Source: Gemmatimonadota bacterium (GTDB lineage: Bacteria; Gemmatimonadota; Gemmatimonadetes; Gemmatimonadales; GWC2-71-9). From it: DNA of 16,406 nt. The first letter of the stretch is position 1. The number at the start of each line of letters is the position of its first letter. The stretch covers positions 1 to 16,406 of the forward strand of contig JBDHKN010000098.1 of the NCBI GenBank assembly GCA_039586365.1, given 5' to 3'. Positions 8,110 to 16,406 of the stretch are shown here, one piece after another. Under the pieces are notes generated by a model. The model made no database searches. It saw only the letters and a list, made by a program, of their open reading frames with translations, and was not told the DNA's origin. The position numbers and the translations under genes are program-made.

Positions 8110-8526
8110 CGGAAAAGGGCACCCCGGCCCAGCGAAAGTCACGCAGGTCAATGCGGTCGGTCTGCTTCAAGCTCATTCTCCGGTTAATTCACGACTGCAG
8201 TTGGTCCAGATCAGTTCAGCTTCGGGATCATCGCCGGTTCCTTCGATGATGTCTGCGATCTCAAGCGCCAAAGCCTAGCAAGGATGACGGCATCTAACTG
8301 GGCTCCGGCAGTCTTCGGTTCGTCGTCTGGCGGGCGTCCTACAACGGCGTCTGCCTGGCGGCGGGGCACACAAAAGGCCACCGGCGTACTGTCTCCATAG
8401 CACGGATGGCCTTGAGGGCAATTTCTAATGTGAAGCGCGGTACGGTGGTTGGCTAGGAGGTGAGACGGAACGCCCCCAGCGCCGCGTGACGCCCGGGGCC
8501 GGGGAGAGAATCGTGCACTGACTGCT

Positions 8527-8545
8527 GGAGCTGCAGCGCAGCTCC
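8527..8545. repeat. Perfect 8-bp hairpin
   Basis: GGAGCTGC-AGC-GCAGCTCC lies about 22 bp past the stop of the 8568-9092 gene. There is no U-tract on the minus strand. Confidence 0.45.
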
Positions 8546-8567
8546 TTCTCCTCACTCTTCAGGGCCA

Positions 8568-9092
8568 CTATCCCGGGTGGGGAGTGATAGTCATCAGGAC
8601 GATTTCGAGGAGGAGCCTGGCCGTATCCTGTCTGTTCCCGCCTTCGAGAGCCTGAAGGCTCTGCGTGACTAGGCGTTCCACGTATCGCAGAGTCTTCTCC
8701 TGGAGTTCGGCGGGGGTGACAAATTCGTCGAGTTCCTTCGGCATCTCGTACTTCCTGCCGTCGGTCATCATACGGTAGGCGAAGGACAGGTATTGTCGGG
8801 CTTTGTCATCGAAAATGGACAGGCCCTTGATACGATCCTTCGCTACGACGATTCGGTTTTGGATCTCCGCCCTGTATTGGTTGTCGGGAGTCACGGCCGC
8901 CGATAGATCCAGCAGCTCGAAGACAGCAGCGACGATTGTCTCCATGGTGGGCGGAGAGCCCTGACGCCCCGTCAAGGCATTTGTGGCGCTGATGATCCGG
9001 CTTTTGACATCGTCCTGGACAGGCGGACCTGCAGAAACGTTCGGGACTGTCATCCCTGTGATGATCATCAGACAGAGGACGCTTGCGCCCAT
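8568..9092 (-). CDS. Hypothetical secreted, probably all-helical protein (174 aa)
   Basis: The ATG at 9092 is preceded by GGAG. The signal-peptide-like start MGASVLCLMIITGMTVPNVSA is followed by amphipathic helical sequence. No family was recognised. Confidence 0.75.
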   Translation of the reverse strand: MGASVLCLMIITGMTVPNVSAGPPVQDDVKSRIISATNALTGRQGSPPTMETIVAAVFELLDLSAAVTPDNQYRAEIQNRIVVAKDRIKGLSIFDDKARQYLSFAYRMMTDGRKYEMPKELDEFVTPAELQEKTLRYVERLVTQSLQALEGGNRQDTARLLLEIVLMTITPHPG

Positions 9093-9470
9093 CGGACTAC
9101 TCCGAGAGTGAGGACCGGCGGGGCCGATGAGGCCACCGGCGTTTACTGTCAAATTCGTGAGAGCAGCCGATTATGCAGTCGGGTACACCGATCTGCAAGC
9201 TCAAGCCAACCAACGACTAGTATCTGCGTCGATAGACGTCCGCTACATTCGCGGCATCACCATCAGGAGCCGCACCTGTGGAGCGTCTTTTCCCCATCCC
9301 AACGATGTGGGCCGAGCCAACGGCCAAGCAGTGGCTCTGCGACCATCCAGGCGGACGGCCTCTCGACAAACAGGAACTGTCCGAGGGTGCTTGGCTCGCG
9401 ATTCAGTACTGGAAAGCCAGCAGGACGTTGGAGTGGTTCGCTGAATTGGTTGGTGGTAAGCCGTCTCGCG

Positions 9471-10241
9471 CTACGAACCCTGAAGGAATGTGTGCCAGAG
9501 ACGCTCCGCTTCCCCCAGGGGCAGGCCGTAGACCGACTCGAAGGCCCTCAAGATGGTCTCCGTCGAGTCGTAGTCATCGACTGCCCGAAACAGCGACTTG
9601 AGAGTATCGAGACCGAACTCGGCCATCAGGAACTGCGTGAACGACCCCGCTTGCGGGTATGTTTGTGTCCACCGTCTGCCCCCAAACCCATCGTTGGCAA
9701 CAATGTCCCACAGGGGATAGAGGCTTCCTTCTTCGAGCCAGTTGTGGCAGAGGGTGTGAACGGGGGCCCCGAAGAATGGGACTTCTTCGCCTGTGAATGG
9801 GTTCAGATCCAAGGCCACCGCAATGCCCTCCGTGAAGAAGTCCGAGGGCCATCCGATGGCATACGAGTAGACGTGAATAGCCTCGTGTCCCTGCTGCAGC
9901 TCGACCGAATGGATAGCGTAGCGTTCAACGTCCGCCCACGAGCCGTACGGCTGTCCTGTGAGTTCCCGCATGTGGTCATTGTCGAGGTACTTGTAGTACC
10001 GAAGCCTCTGGGGCATCGAGATCCCGAGGTGCCGGACCGCCCAATCGTGGAACGCCTGCTGGTACTCCGCGTTCACCGAGTCACCCTCGGCAAAGTGGAA
10101 AGTGATGTCCAGGGTCTCGAGACGTTGATTCAGAGGTCGGTGGATCGAAGAGGGACCGGTGGAGCTCGGTTCGTCTCCGCAGGAAACGACGGCTACGGCT
10201 GCCAAGCCCGAGATCAGCAAACGGCTGAGTTTCGTTCTCAT
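9471..10241 (-). CDS. Lipoprotein with a HEXXH gluzincin (peptidase MA-like) domain
   Basis: The start MRTKLSRLLISGLAAVAVVS-C contains a lipobox. HEAIH is followed 14 residues later by E in FFTEGIA, and YPQAGSFTQFL...FG and FESVYG..L.E....W are typical of MA-like peptidases. A purine-rich GGTGGAACTGGAG precedes ATG 10241. Confidence 0.85.
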   Translation of the reverse strand: MRTKLSRLLISGLAAVAVVSCGDEPSSTGPSSIHRPLNQRLETLDITFHFAEGDSVNAEYQQAFHDWAVRHLGISMPQRLRYYKYLDNDHMRELTGQPYGSWADVERYAIHSVELQQGHEAIHVYSYAIGWPSDFFTEGIAVALDLNPFTGEEVPFFGAPVHTLCHNWLEEGSLYPLWDIVANDGFGGRRWTQTYPQAGSFTQFLMAEFGLDTLKSLFRAVDDYDSTETILRAFESVYGLPLGEAERLWHTFLQGS

Positions 10242-10329
10242 CTCCAGTTCCACCTTGCCCCGGCATTGGAGCGGGGTGCTACCAAATAGCATGTAGCCTC
10301 GCGTTGGTGCCCCCCACCTGTCGTGCCCG

Positions 10330-10358
10330 TTGGACTATCCTTTTCAAATGAGTATGAT
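10330..10358 (+). promoter_or_regulatory. Possible sigma70 promoter for the TPR-like gene
   Basis: TTGGAC-17 nt-TATGAT lies in an AT-rich patch between divergent genes. Confidence 0.4.
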
Positions 10359-10400
10359 ACTTACATAGCCATCGCACAGTCACGACGTAGGAGAGTCCGT

Positions 10401-12287
10401 TTGGGCGCCGACGACTGCCCTACACGCACATGGGGGCGCAAGCAGAGCCTGCGTTCCCGCAACCTCCATTCGGGCGGGGCCAGCCCCTACGCCCGCATCA
10501 GCGTCATCCTGCTGGCGCTTGGCTCCCTCAATGCGGCGGCATCATCTACGGCAGCGCAGCAGAGCTCCGTCTACTCCGTTCTCGTTACTTCTCCCTACCC
10601 GGACAATCCGGGGACCGACTCAGCATACGTTGCAGAGTTGGGAACGGACCTCCGGCACTACTTGTTCTGGCGTCTCGGCTACGGGATCAGAACCATCAAA
10701 CTCTGTGACGAAACCGACCTCTGCGAGACGTTGCTCGACGATGAGACCGCAACCGACGTTGCCCTACGCCTGAAGGCGGATCTCTTGGTCACCGGGAGAT
10801 TCACGAGGAACTCGGCGGCTCCACGTGTGGACCTCGACGTGATGGACACCGGTGAGAAAGGAGGAGTTCGGCATAGAGTCACGTCGCTGGCCATACAGGC
10901 AAACGCGGCGACCGAGCCGCATGAGCTGGCTCGGATGATCAGCGAGATCGTCGCAGACACGCTGACCAACGCGGTCCGAGCTGCTCGAGACGCACGGGAC
11001 TGTTGGCTCAAAACCGGAGAAAACGACTATCGCCATGCCAGGCTCTCTGCGGATCGAGCGTTTCACCGACTTCGAAATCACCCGTCGGCGGCGCTGTGCC
11101 TGTCGTACGTGTTTGCCGCGACAAGCATGCCGGACAGCGTGATATGGGCGTTGGAGCGGGCGGTGCTCGGCGACTCTACGCTTGCCGACGCATGGGAGCG
11201 CCTGGGTCATGCATACCTCGGAAGGGGTGACACCACGGCGGCCGTGCACGCCTACACCCAAGAGGTCCAGGCAGAGCCGGACAACCCCAGTCGACGGTTG
11301 AGTGTGGTGCGACGCCTAGATCGGGTTGGCCAACACGGTAGAGCGGTCTCGCTGGCTCGCACCGCTGCCGGCGACACCCTGAGCGGCGCATTTCGCCAAC
11401 TCCAGAGACGATTGTGTATCCAAAACGAGGACTGGGAGTGCGCTCTGGACGCACTGACCGCGCAGTACGCCAGCAACCCACGACTGATTGGCGACACGGC
11501 CTTCTACTCTCGGGCAATAGGATTAGCACAGACGGTCGGGGATTCGGCAGCGCTGGACTACTGGACGAGGGAGGCCGTGGATCGCGTGGACTCTCTGGTG
11601 AGCATCGCGTGGGAGCAGGTTGAACAGCACAGACAGGACGCGATGCAGGCGGAACGCGCGTTGCACTCACTCATGATTGCTCGGGCAGCCGTGCTCGATG
11701 GCAGAGGAAGCACGGATTCAGCGCTCGCGATCTACAGCGGCATTGGGGAAGCCGATCCTACAAACGTCCGTGCCCGAATTCTCGCCGCGCGACTCGTCAC
11801 ACGAGATCTTCACCGTGAAACGGGCCCGCTCACTCGTGCCGACTCGACCTCGCTTTGCACCGCTGATTCACTCTTGACCGTCGCTGCTGGACTCACTGAA
11901 GACACCCTGATGCTCCAGAGTGTCGCCCACTCCCGCCTGGAAGTAGCTGCTCGCCTTGTGCAAGCCAGGCAGGAGCCCACGTTGGCGCTGCGGTGGATCG
12001 AGCAATCGACGCGCTGCGATGTGGGCGGTGCATTGTTCACCCGTGCAAGTGCCTATGCGGCCCTGGCGTACGTATACCTCATAGAGGCGCAAGACGGTCG
12101 GGTTCGCGCACAGCAGGAGTGCAGCCTCGTGGAGGACGAAGCCGATCTCATTGCGCGAGCTTGGACCGCGATCACCCCCGCCCAAGCCGAGTTCCCCGAT
12201 CTGGCGCGTCGGGTGATTGCAGGAATTCGAGTGTACGAGGAGCTCGTGCCGCAATACCGAACTGCGCTGCGCTGTCCAGACGAGTGA
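10401..12287 (+). CDS. Secreted tetratricopeptide-repeat-like protein; start uncertain
   Basis: The ORF is open from 10323. The preferred start is TTG 10401, after AGGAG and downstream of the promoter candidate. It has a signal-like ISVILLALGSLNAAA, a TolB-N/CsgG-like segment (VALRLKADLLVTGRF) and TPR-like helices (AWERLGHAYLGRGDTTAAVHAYTQEVQAEPDN; ALAIYSGIGEADPTNVRARI). Confidence 0.78.
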   Translation: MGADDCPTRTWGRKQSLRSRNLHSGGASPYARISVILLALGSLNAAASSTAAQQSSVYSVLVTSPYPDNPGTDSAYVAELGTDLRHYLFWRLGYGIRTIKLCDETDLCETLLDDETATDVALRLKADLLVTGRFTRNSAAPRVDLDVMDTGEKGGVRHRVTSLAIQANAATEPHELARMISEIVADTLTNAVRAARDARDCWLKTGENDYRHARLSADRAFHRLRNHPSAALCLSYVFAATSMPDSVIWALERAVLGDSTLADAWERLGHAYLGRGDTTAAVHAYTQEVQAEPDNPSRRLSVVRRLDRVGQHGRAVSLARTAAGDTLSGAFRQLQRRLCIQNEDWECALDALTAQYASNPRLIGDTAFYSRAIGLAQTVGDSAALDYWTREAVDRVDSLVSIAWEQVEQHRQDAMQAERALHSLMIARAAVLDGRGSTDSALAIYSGIGEADPTNVRARILAARLVTRDLHRETGPLTRADSTSLCTADSLLTVAAGLTEDTLMLQSVAHSRLEVAARLVQARQEPTLALRWIEQSTRCDVGGALFTRASAYAALAYVYLIEAQDGRVRAQQECSLVEDEADLIARAWTAITPAQAEFPDLARRVIAGIRVYEELVPQYRTALRCPDE

Positions 12288-12676
12288 GTCCGCGACTCCC
12301 CTTCTGCCAGTGATGCAGGTAGCTGGCTTGCACGATTGTCTCTCGCCCACTAGCTCGATCCGCGAGAGTCTGAAGGTGGATGAGCTTTGCATGAGCCGAT
12401 TGGAGCCAATGAACGCGACCGACGCGCTTCGATGTCAGGCAATATCTGACGCGGCGCCGGCCCCCCAGGTGAGGTGTCGGGCAAGTCACGAGAGGAGTAT
12501 CAAGGCCTGGCGCGAGCAGCCCGGAGATACTCCCAAGCTCTCATTCTGAACGGGTGGACCTCTTCGGCGTGCAGCCGCGTGCGGCAGGGCCGGATGACTC
12601 TGGCCTCTCGTCAACACCCTGCCCGGTGCCGGAAGCCTAACACCAGATGGCCGTGTGGAATGTTGCCGAGGAACAG

Positions 12677-15442
12677 CTATTCCATACGCAAGGCCACCAG
12701 CGGATCGACTCTACTGGCCCGGCGGGCCGGTAGATAACTCGCCACCGCGACCACCCCGAGAATGATCCCCACCACTGCTGCGAATGTCCCCCGGTCCGTG
12801 GGGCTCACGTTGAACAGGAAACCGGTCAGCAATCTCGTGGCGGCAACCGCGGCTGCCAGGCCGACGAGCACTCCGCCGAGCGCAAGGACCAATCCTCGTC
12901 GCACAACCATGCCCTGCACCGCTCCCGAGCCTGCGCCGAGCGCCATGCGAATTCCGATCTCGTTGGTGCGTTGGGTGACACCATGAGAGATCACCCCGTA
13001 GACGCCGATGGCACCCAACAGGAGTGCCACGCCGGCAAACACCCCCATCAGCGTCATCACAAACCGAGGACGCGCCACCGATGCAGACGCGATGTCATCC
13101 ATCGTGCGCATCCAGACTATTGGCAGGCCGGGATCGGTAGCCCGTACCATCTCGCGGATGGGACCAGCCACGGTAAGGGGATCACCGTGCGTTCGAACGA
13201 TCACGCTCATCGTCCGTGCGAAGAAGCCTCCCGTCCACGCAACTGTCTGTTCGTAGGAGGGGTAGTACATGGGGTAGTTCTCCCCCAGTCCAAAGAACCG
13301 CACGTTGCCTACCACTCCCACGACCGTAGCCCAGGGACCATCGGTCGCGAGGAACCGGATCCGTTTTCCAATGGGATCCTCATCCGGCCAATACCGGCGG
13401 GCCAATTCCTCGTCGACGTTGACCACGATCGGGCCATCGGGCAGATCTGTTTCATCGATCAAGCGACCCCGGCGAAGCTCGATTCCGAGCGTTGCGAACA
13501 GACCAGGACCAACTGTGGCCTCGCCTCCGCTGCAACAGAATTCGCCTGCAGTGGCACCTTCCCTGCCTTCGATGTGGAAGCGTCCGTTTGCGTCACTGCG
13601 CAACAGGGGCGGCGCCGACGCAATTGCCGCGCTCGCGACGTCGGGCAGGGCCTCGATTCGTTCCCTGAGACCGGCATAAAAGCCCACGGTCTCTTCAGGG
13701 GTGTACTTACTCGCTGGCAACGAAAAGTGTGCGACGAGGAGGTTTCCCATGCGGAACCCAGGGTCTTGTTGTAGCAGGCGCCAGAAACTCTTCACCGTCA
13801 GGCCGGCACCGATCACCAGCAGGATAGCCACGGCCACCTCGGCGACCACGAGCCCGTCGCGGAACCGCAGACGCCTCTGACTCGCCGTCGTGGTCGGACC
13901 GGATTCCCGAAAGGCACACTGTACGTCAGCCTCCCCCACCCGCCACGCAGGCACCAGTCCGAAGATTAGGGTCGCGATCACCACGACGAACCCCGTGAAC
14001 AGCAGCACACGACCATCCAGACCGACCTGTTCGACGCGCGGAATGGTTCCTCCCTCGAGGGCGGGCAGCGCTCAAATCCCGGCCCTGGAGAGCGCCACTC
14101 CCAGAGCTCCACCTGCTACAGCCAGCAGAGCGCAGTCGGTGAGCAGCGGCTGTACCAACCGGCACCGACCGGCACCGAGCGCCTTACGCACGGCAACCTC
14201 ACGCACTCTTCCCTCGCTCCGCGCCAACGTCAGGTTCGCAACGTTCGCGCACGCGATGAGCAACACGAAGCCCACTGCGCCGAGCAACAGCAACAATGCC
14301 GGCCGAACATCACCCACCGTGTCGTGCAGCAGTGGCGCCAGGTAGAGACCATGACCAACGTGATGGTCGGGATAGTCAATCGCCCACTGCACCATCAACG
14401 TTGCCATTTCAGCTTCGGCCTGCTGGAGGCTCACGCCTGCGGCCAAGCGCCCAATCATCGAGAACCAGTGACCTCCGCGCCAGGTACGCGCCGGGTCGAG
14501 GGGCAATTGGGTCCACAGCTGCGTTTGCGGAGTCGGGAACGCAAAGCCTTCAGGCATCACACCGATGATTTCGCCCCCCGCACCATATTCCGCGACGTCG
14601 AGACCCACATCCAACCTCTGCCCCACGACGCTCGAGTCGCCGCCGAAACGCCGCTGCCACAGATCGTAGCTCAACACGTACACCGGACGCGGCTGAGGTC
14701 CGTCATCGGCCCCTATTAGCGTGCGTCCCAGCAAGGGTGGTGTGCGCAGCACGGAGAACATGCTCGACGATACGTAGCCAGCAGTCACGATCTCCGGCTC
14801 ACCTGTGCCGTCGGTGATGGTCAGACGTTCGATCGATATTGCCGCCACCCGCTCCATGGTTTCGTTCTGATCGACGTAGTCGAAATACTCCGGCGAGCCG
14901 ACGGGGTACTGCGGGAAATCGTACCCGCTCTCAGGCGTGAATCGGGTCCATATCGCCACTAAATCGCCGGGATTGTCGTACGGCAGCGGCTGTAGCAGAA
15001 CACCGCTCACTACGCTGAAGATCGCAGTGTTGGCGCCGATGCCGATGGCGAGCGTGAGAACCACGACCGCCGTGAAGCCCGGCGTCTTCAGCAGGTTCCT
15101 AACGGAGTACCGAATGTCGGCGGGAATCGCGGCAAGAACGGACCGTCTCCGCCGGCCGTTGGAGGGATTGACGGACGGACCCCGCGTGTTGCCGCCCCGC
15201 TCCCACAGACTGTCCCAGCGCGCAAAAGCACCGTGGATGATGGCGTCCCGTACCGAACGCCCCCAGAACAGCAGTACACCGCTGTACTTGGCCCGACGGT
15301 ACTCTTCGCGATAGCGGTCACGAAACAGTTCGAGAGCGTCGGCCCCATGGGCATGCCTAAGTTGTGCGGGAAAGGCGTAGAGCAGGATTCGGTAGAGGCG
15401 TTCGGAAGACCCCAATCCGCGAGCCGGCGTCTGCGGGCTCAT
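12677..15442 (-). pseudogene. ADOP-type ABC permease interrupted by a single in-frame TGA
   Basis: ORFs 14072-15442 and 12677-14008 are in the same frame. Reading through TGA 14072-14074 gives ALSRAGI*ALPALEGGTIPRVEQVGLDGRVLLFT and a complete 921-residue permease, with an N-terminal [14 protein letters not shown] prefix and both FtsX repeats. Confidence 0.9.
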
Positions 15443-15819
15443 CGAATCACCTCTCCTTCAGACACGGCCAGCCTCGCGTCAGCCGCCGCGACCAACGCCC
15501 GAATCCTCTCGGTTTCGGCGACAACGACCTGCCGACCGAACTCGGTAATGCTGTAGTAACGGCGCCGCTCGTCGTCCGACTCCGGAGCCGGCCGCCGGTC
15601 CGACTCGGCAAGGAGCCCCTCTTTGATCAACCTGCGCACGGACCGATACAGATTACCAGCCTCCAACCGGATCTGACCACCCGTCTGGCGACCGATCTCC
15701 TTCACCATCCCATAGCCGTGGCGCTGACCATCCAGCAGCACCAAGAGGATGTGGTAGTCCTGCGCCCTGAGGGGGAGTAGAGCGGCCACTTCGTGGCTGC
15801 GATCTGGGTCCTGTGACAC
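15439..15819 (-). CDS. PadR family transcriptional regulator
   Basis: It shows the winged-helix motifs [33 protein letters not shown] and [12 protein letters not shown]. The GTG start follows GGAGG, and the stop overlaps the permease ATG (ATGA). Confidence 0.94.
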   Translation of the reverse strand: MSQDPDRSHEVAALLPLRAQDYHILLVLLDGQRHGYGMVKEIGRQTGGQIRLEAGNLYRSVRRLIKEGLLAESDRRPAPESDDERRRYYSITEFGRQVVVAETERIRALVAAADARLAVSEGEVIR

Positions 15820-15849
15820 TGCTCCTCCAAGGCTGCGGCGGCGGACCGA

Positions 15850-15888
15850 AGCCTATAATCATCTCACCTATATGTCAAGTGATTATAG
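15850..15888 (-). promoter_or_regulatory. Sigma70 promoter of the padR-permease operon overlapped by an inverted repeat (candidate operator)
   Basis: The minus strand reads TTGACA (15873-15878)-17 nt-TAGGCT (15850-15855). A perfect 9-bp inverted repeat CTATAATCA (15853-15861)/TGATTATAG (15880-15888) overlaps it. Confidence 0.75.
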
Positions 15889-15926
15889 TCTCTGCATAGA
15901 GAGTTTGGCCGGCCTCGAGGCCGTGC

Positions 15927-16406
15927 TCAGCTGACGCCCTGGGCGCGCCACCACTCCCCGGCTTCGGCGGACGTCCAGGGTGGGAGTTCCCGGGCGCAGG
16001 CCTGGGCGGCGGCCGCCAATTCGTCCGCAGTTTCGGGGCGCTCCCCCGGGTCCTTGGAGAGACAGCGCAGCACCAGGGCGTCGAGTCCCGGCGGTATCGG
16101 CGCGTCGGTCTTGCTCGACGGCGGCTGCGGGGCCTCCGTTGCGTGCTTCATCATCATCTCCACCGGCGTGCGCCCGGTGAACACGAGTTGCCCGGTGAGG
16201 GCGAAGTAGGCCACGCATCCGGCCTGATAAATGTCGGCGCGTCCATCGATGGTTCCGTCACCCAACGCCTGCTCAGGTGCCATATAGGCCGGCGTGCCGC
16301 CCAGGACGGTCTCGGCCGTAAGCTTCAGGCTGGCCTCGCCGTCGGCGCGCACCGTTTTCACCATGCCGAAATCCAACACCTTGACCCAGTCGTATTCGCG
16401 GCCGTA
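15927..16406 (-). CDS. Hanks-type serine/threonine protein kinase, C-terminal part (5'-truncated by the window)
   Basis: VKVLDFG, GTPAYMAPEQ, DGRADIY..GCVAYFALTG and CLSKDPGERP correspond to kinase subdomains VII-XI. The frame is open to the window edge. Confidence 0.93.
   Translation of the reverse strand, partial: YGREYDWVKVLDFGMVKTVRADGEASLKLTAETVLGGTPAYMAPEQALGDGTIDGRADIYQAGCVAYFALTGQLVFTGRTPVEMMMKHATEAPQPPSSKTDAPIPPGLDALVLRCLSKDPGERPETADELAAAAQACARELPPWTSAEAGEWWRAQGVS

Noticed and set aside
9108..10289. 393-aa plus-strand ORF
   Set aside because: It is mostly antisense to the HEXXH lipoprotein gene and has no recognisable motifs.
8292..12642. Integron attC array, suggested by ATCTAAC at 8292, GCCTAAC at 12636 and singleton genes with long spacers
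   Set aside because: I found no matching GTTRRRY at attC distance with paired L boxes, no integrase, and gene orientations are mixed.
14072..14074. Selenocysteine or alternative-code reading of the in-frame TGA
   Set aside because: The position is a membrane-flanking site where a basic residue fits, not a redox Cys. I see no convincing SECIS-like hairpin, and TGA is used as a true stop by other genes here (1060-1062, 5257-5259).

Overview
A GC-rich bacterial window whose gene types (ADOP-type duplicated MacB/FtsX permeases, a PadR-permease pair, a secreted M1 peptidase, a Hanks-type kinase) suggest Gemmatimonadota or Acidobacteriota; this is an inference. From left to right it holds a partial alanine/glycine:cation symporter, an iron-sulfur flavoprotein, decayed gene fragments, an intact ADOP permease, about 650 bp of non-coding DNA, an M1 aminopeptidase, a secreted hypothetical protein, a HEXXH lipoprotein, a TPR-like secreted protein, a PadR-ADOP operon whose permease has an in-frame TGA, and a partial Ser/Thr kinase. 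The most unusual feature is at 5580-5730. There the 3' half of a tRNA-Lys(CTT) can be rebuilt from three pieces separated by two short, related, palindromic insertions. It is preceded by att-arm-like repeats and followed by a terminator, so it looks like an integration-site tRNA fragment hit twice by a tiny repeat element. Everything here was read by eye and no database searches were run.
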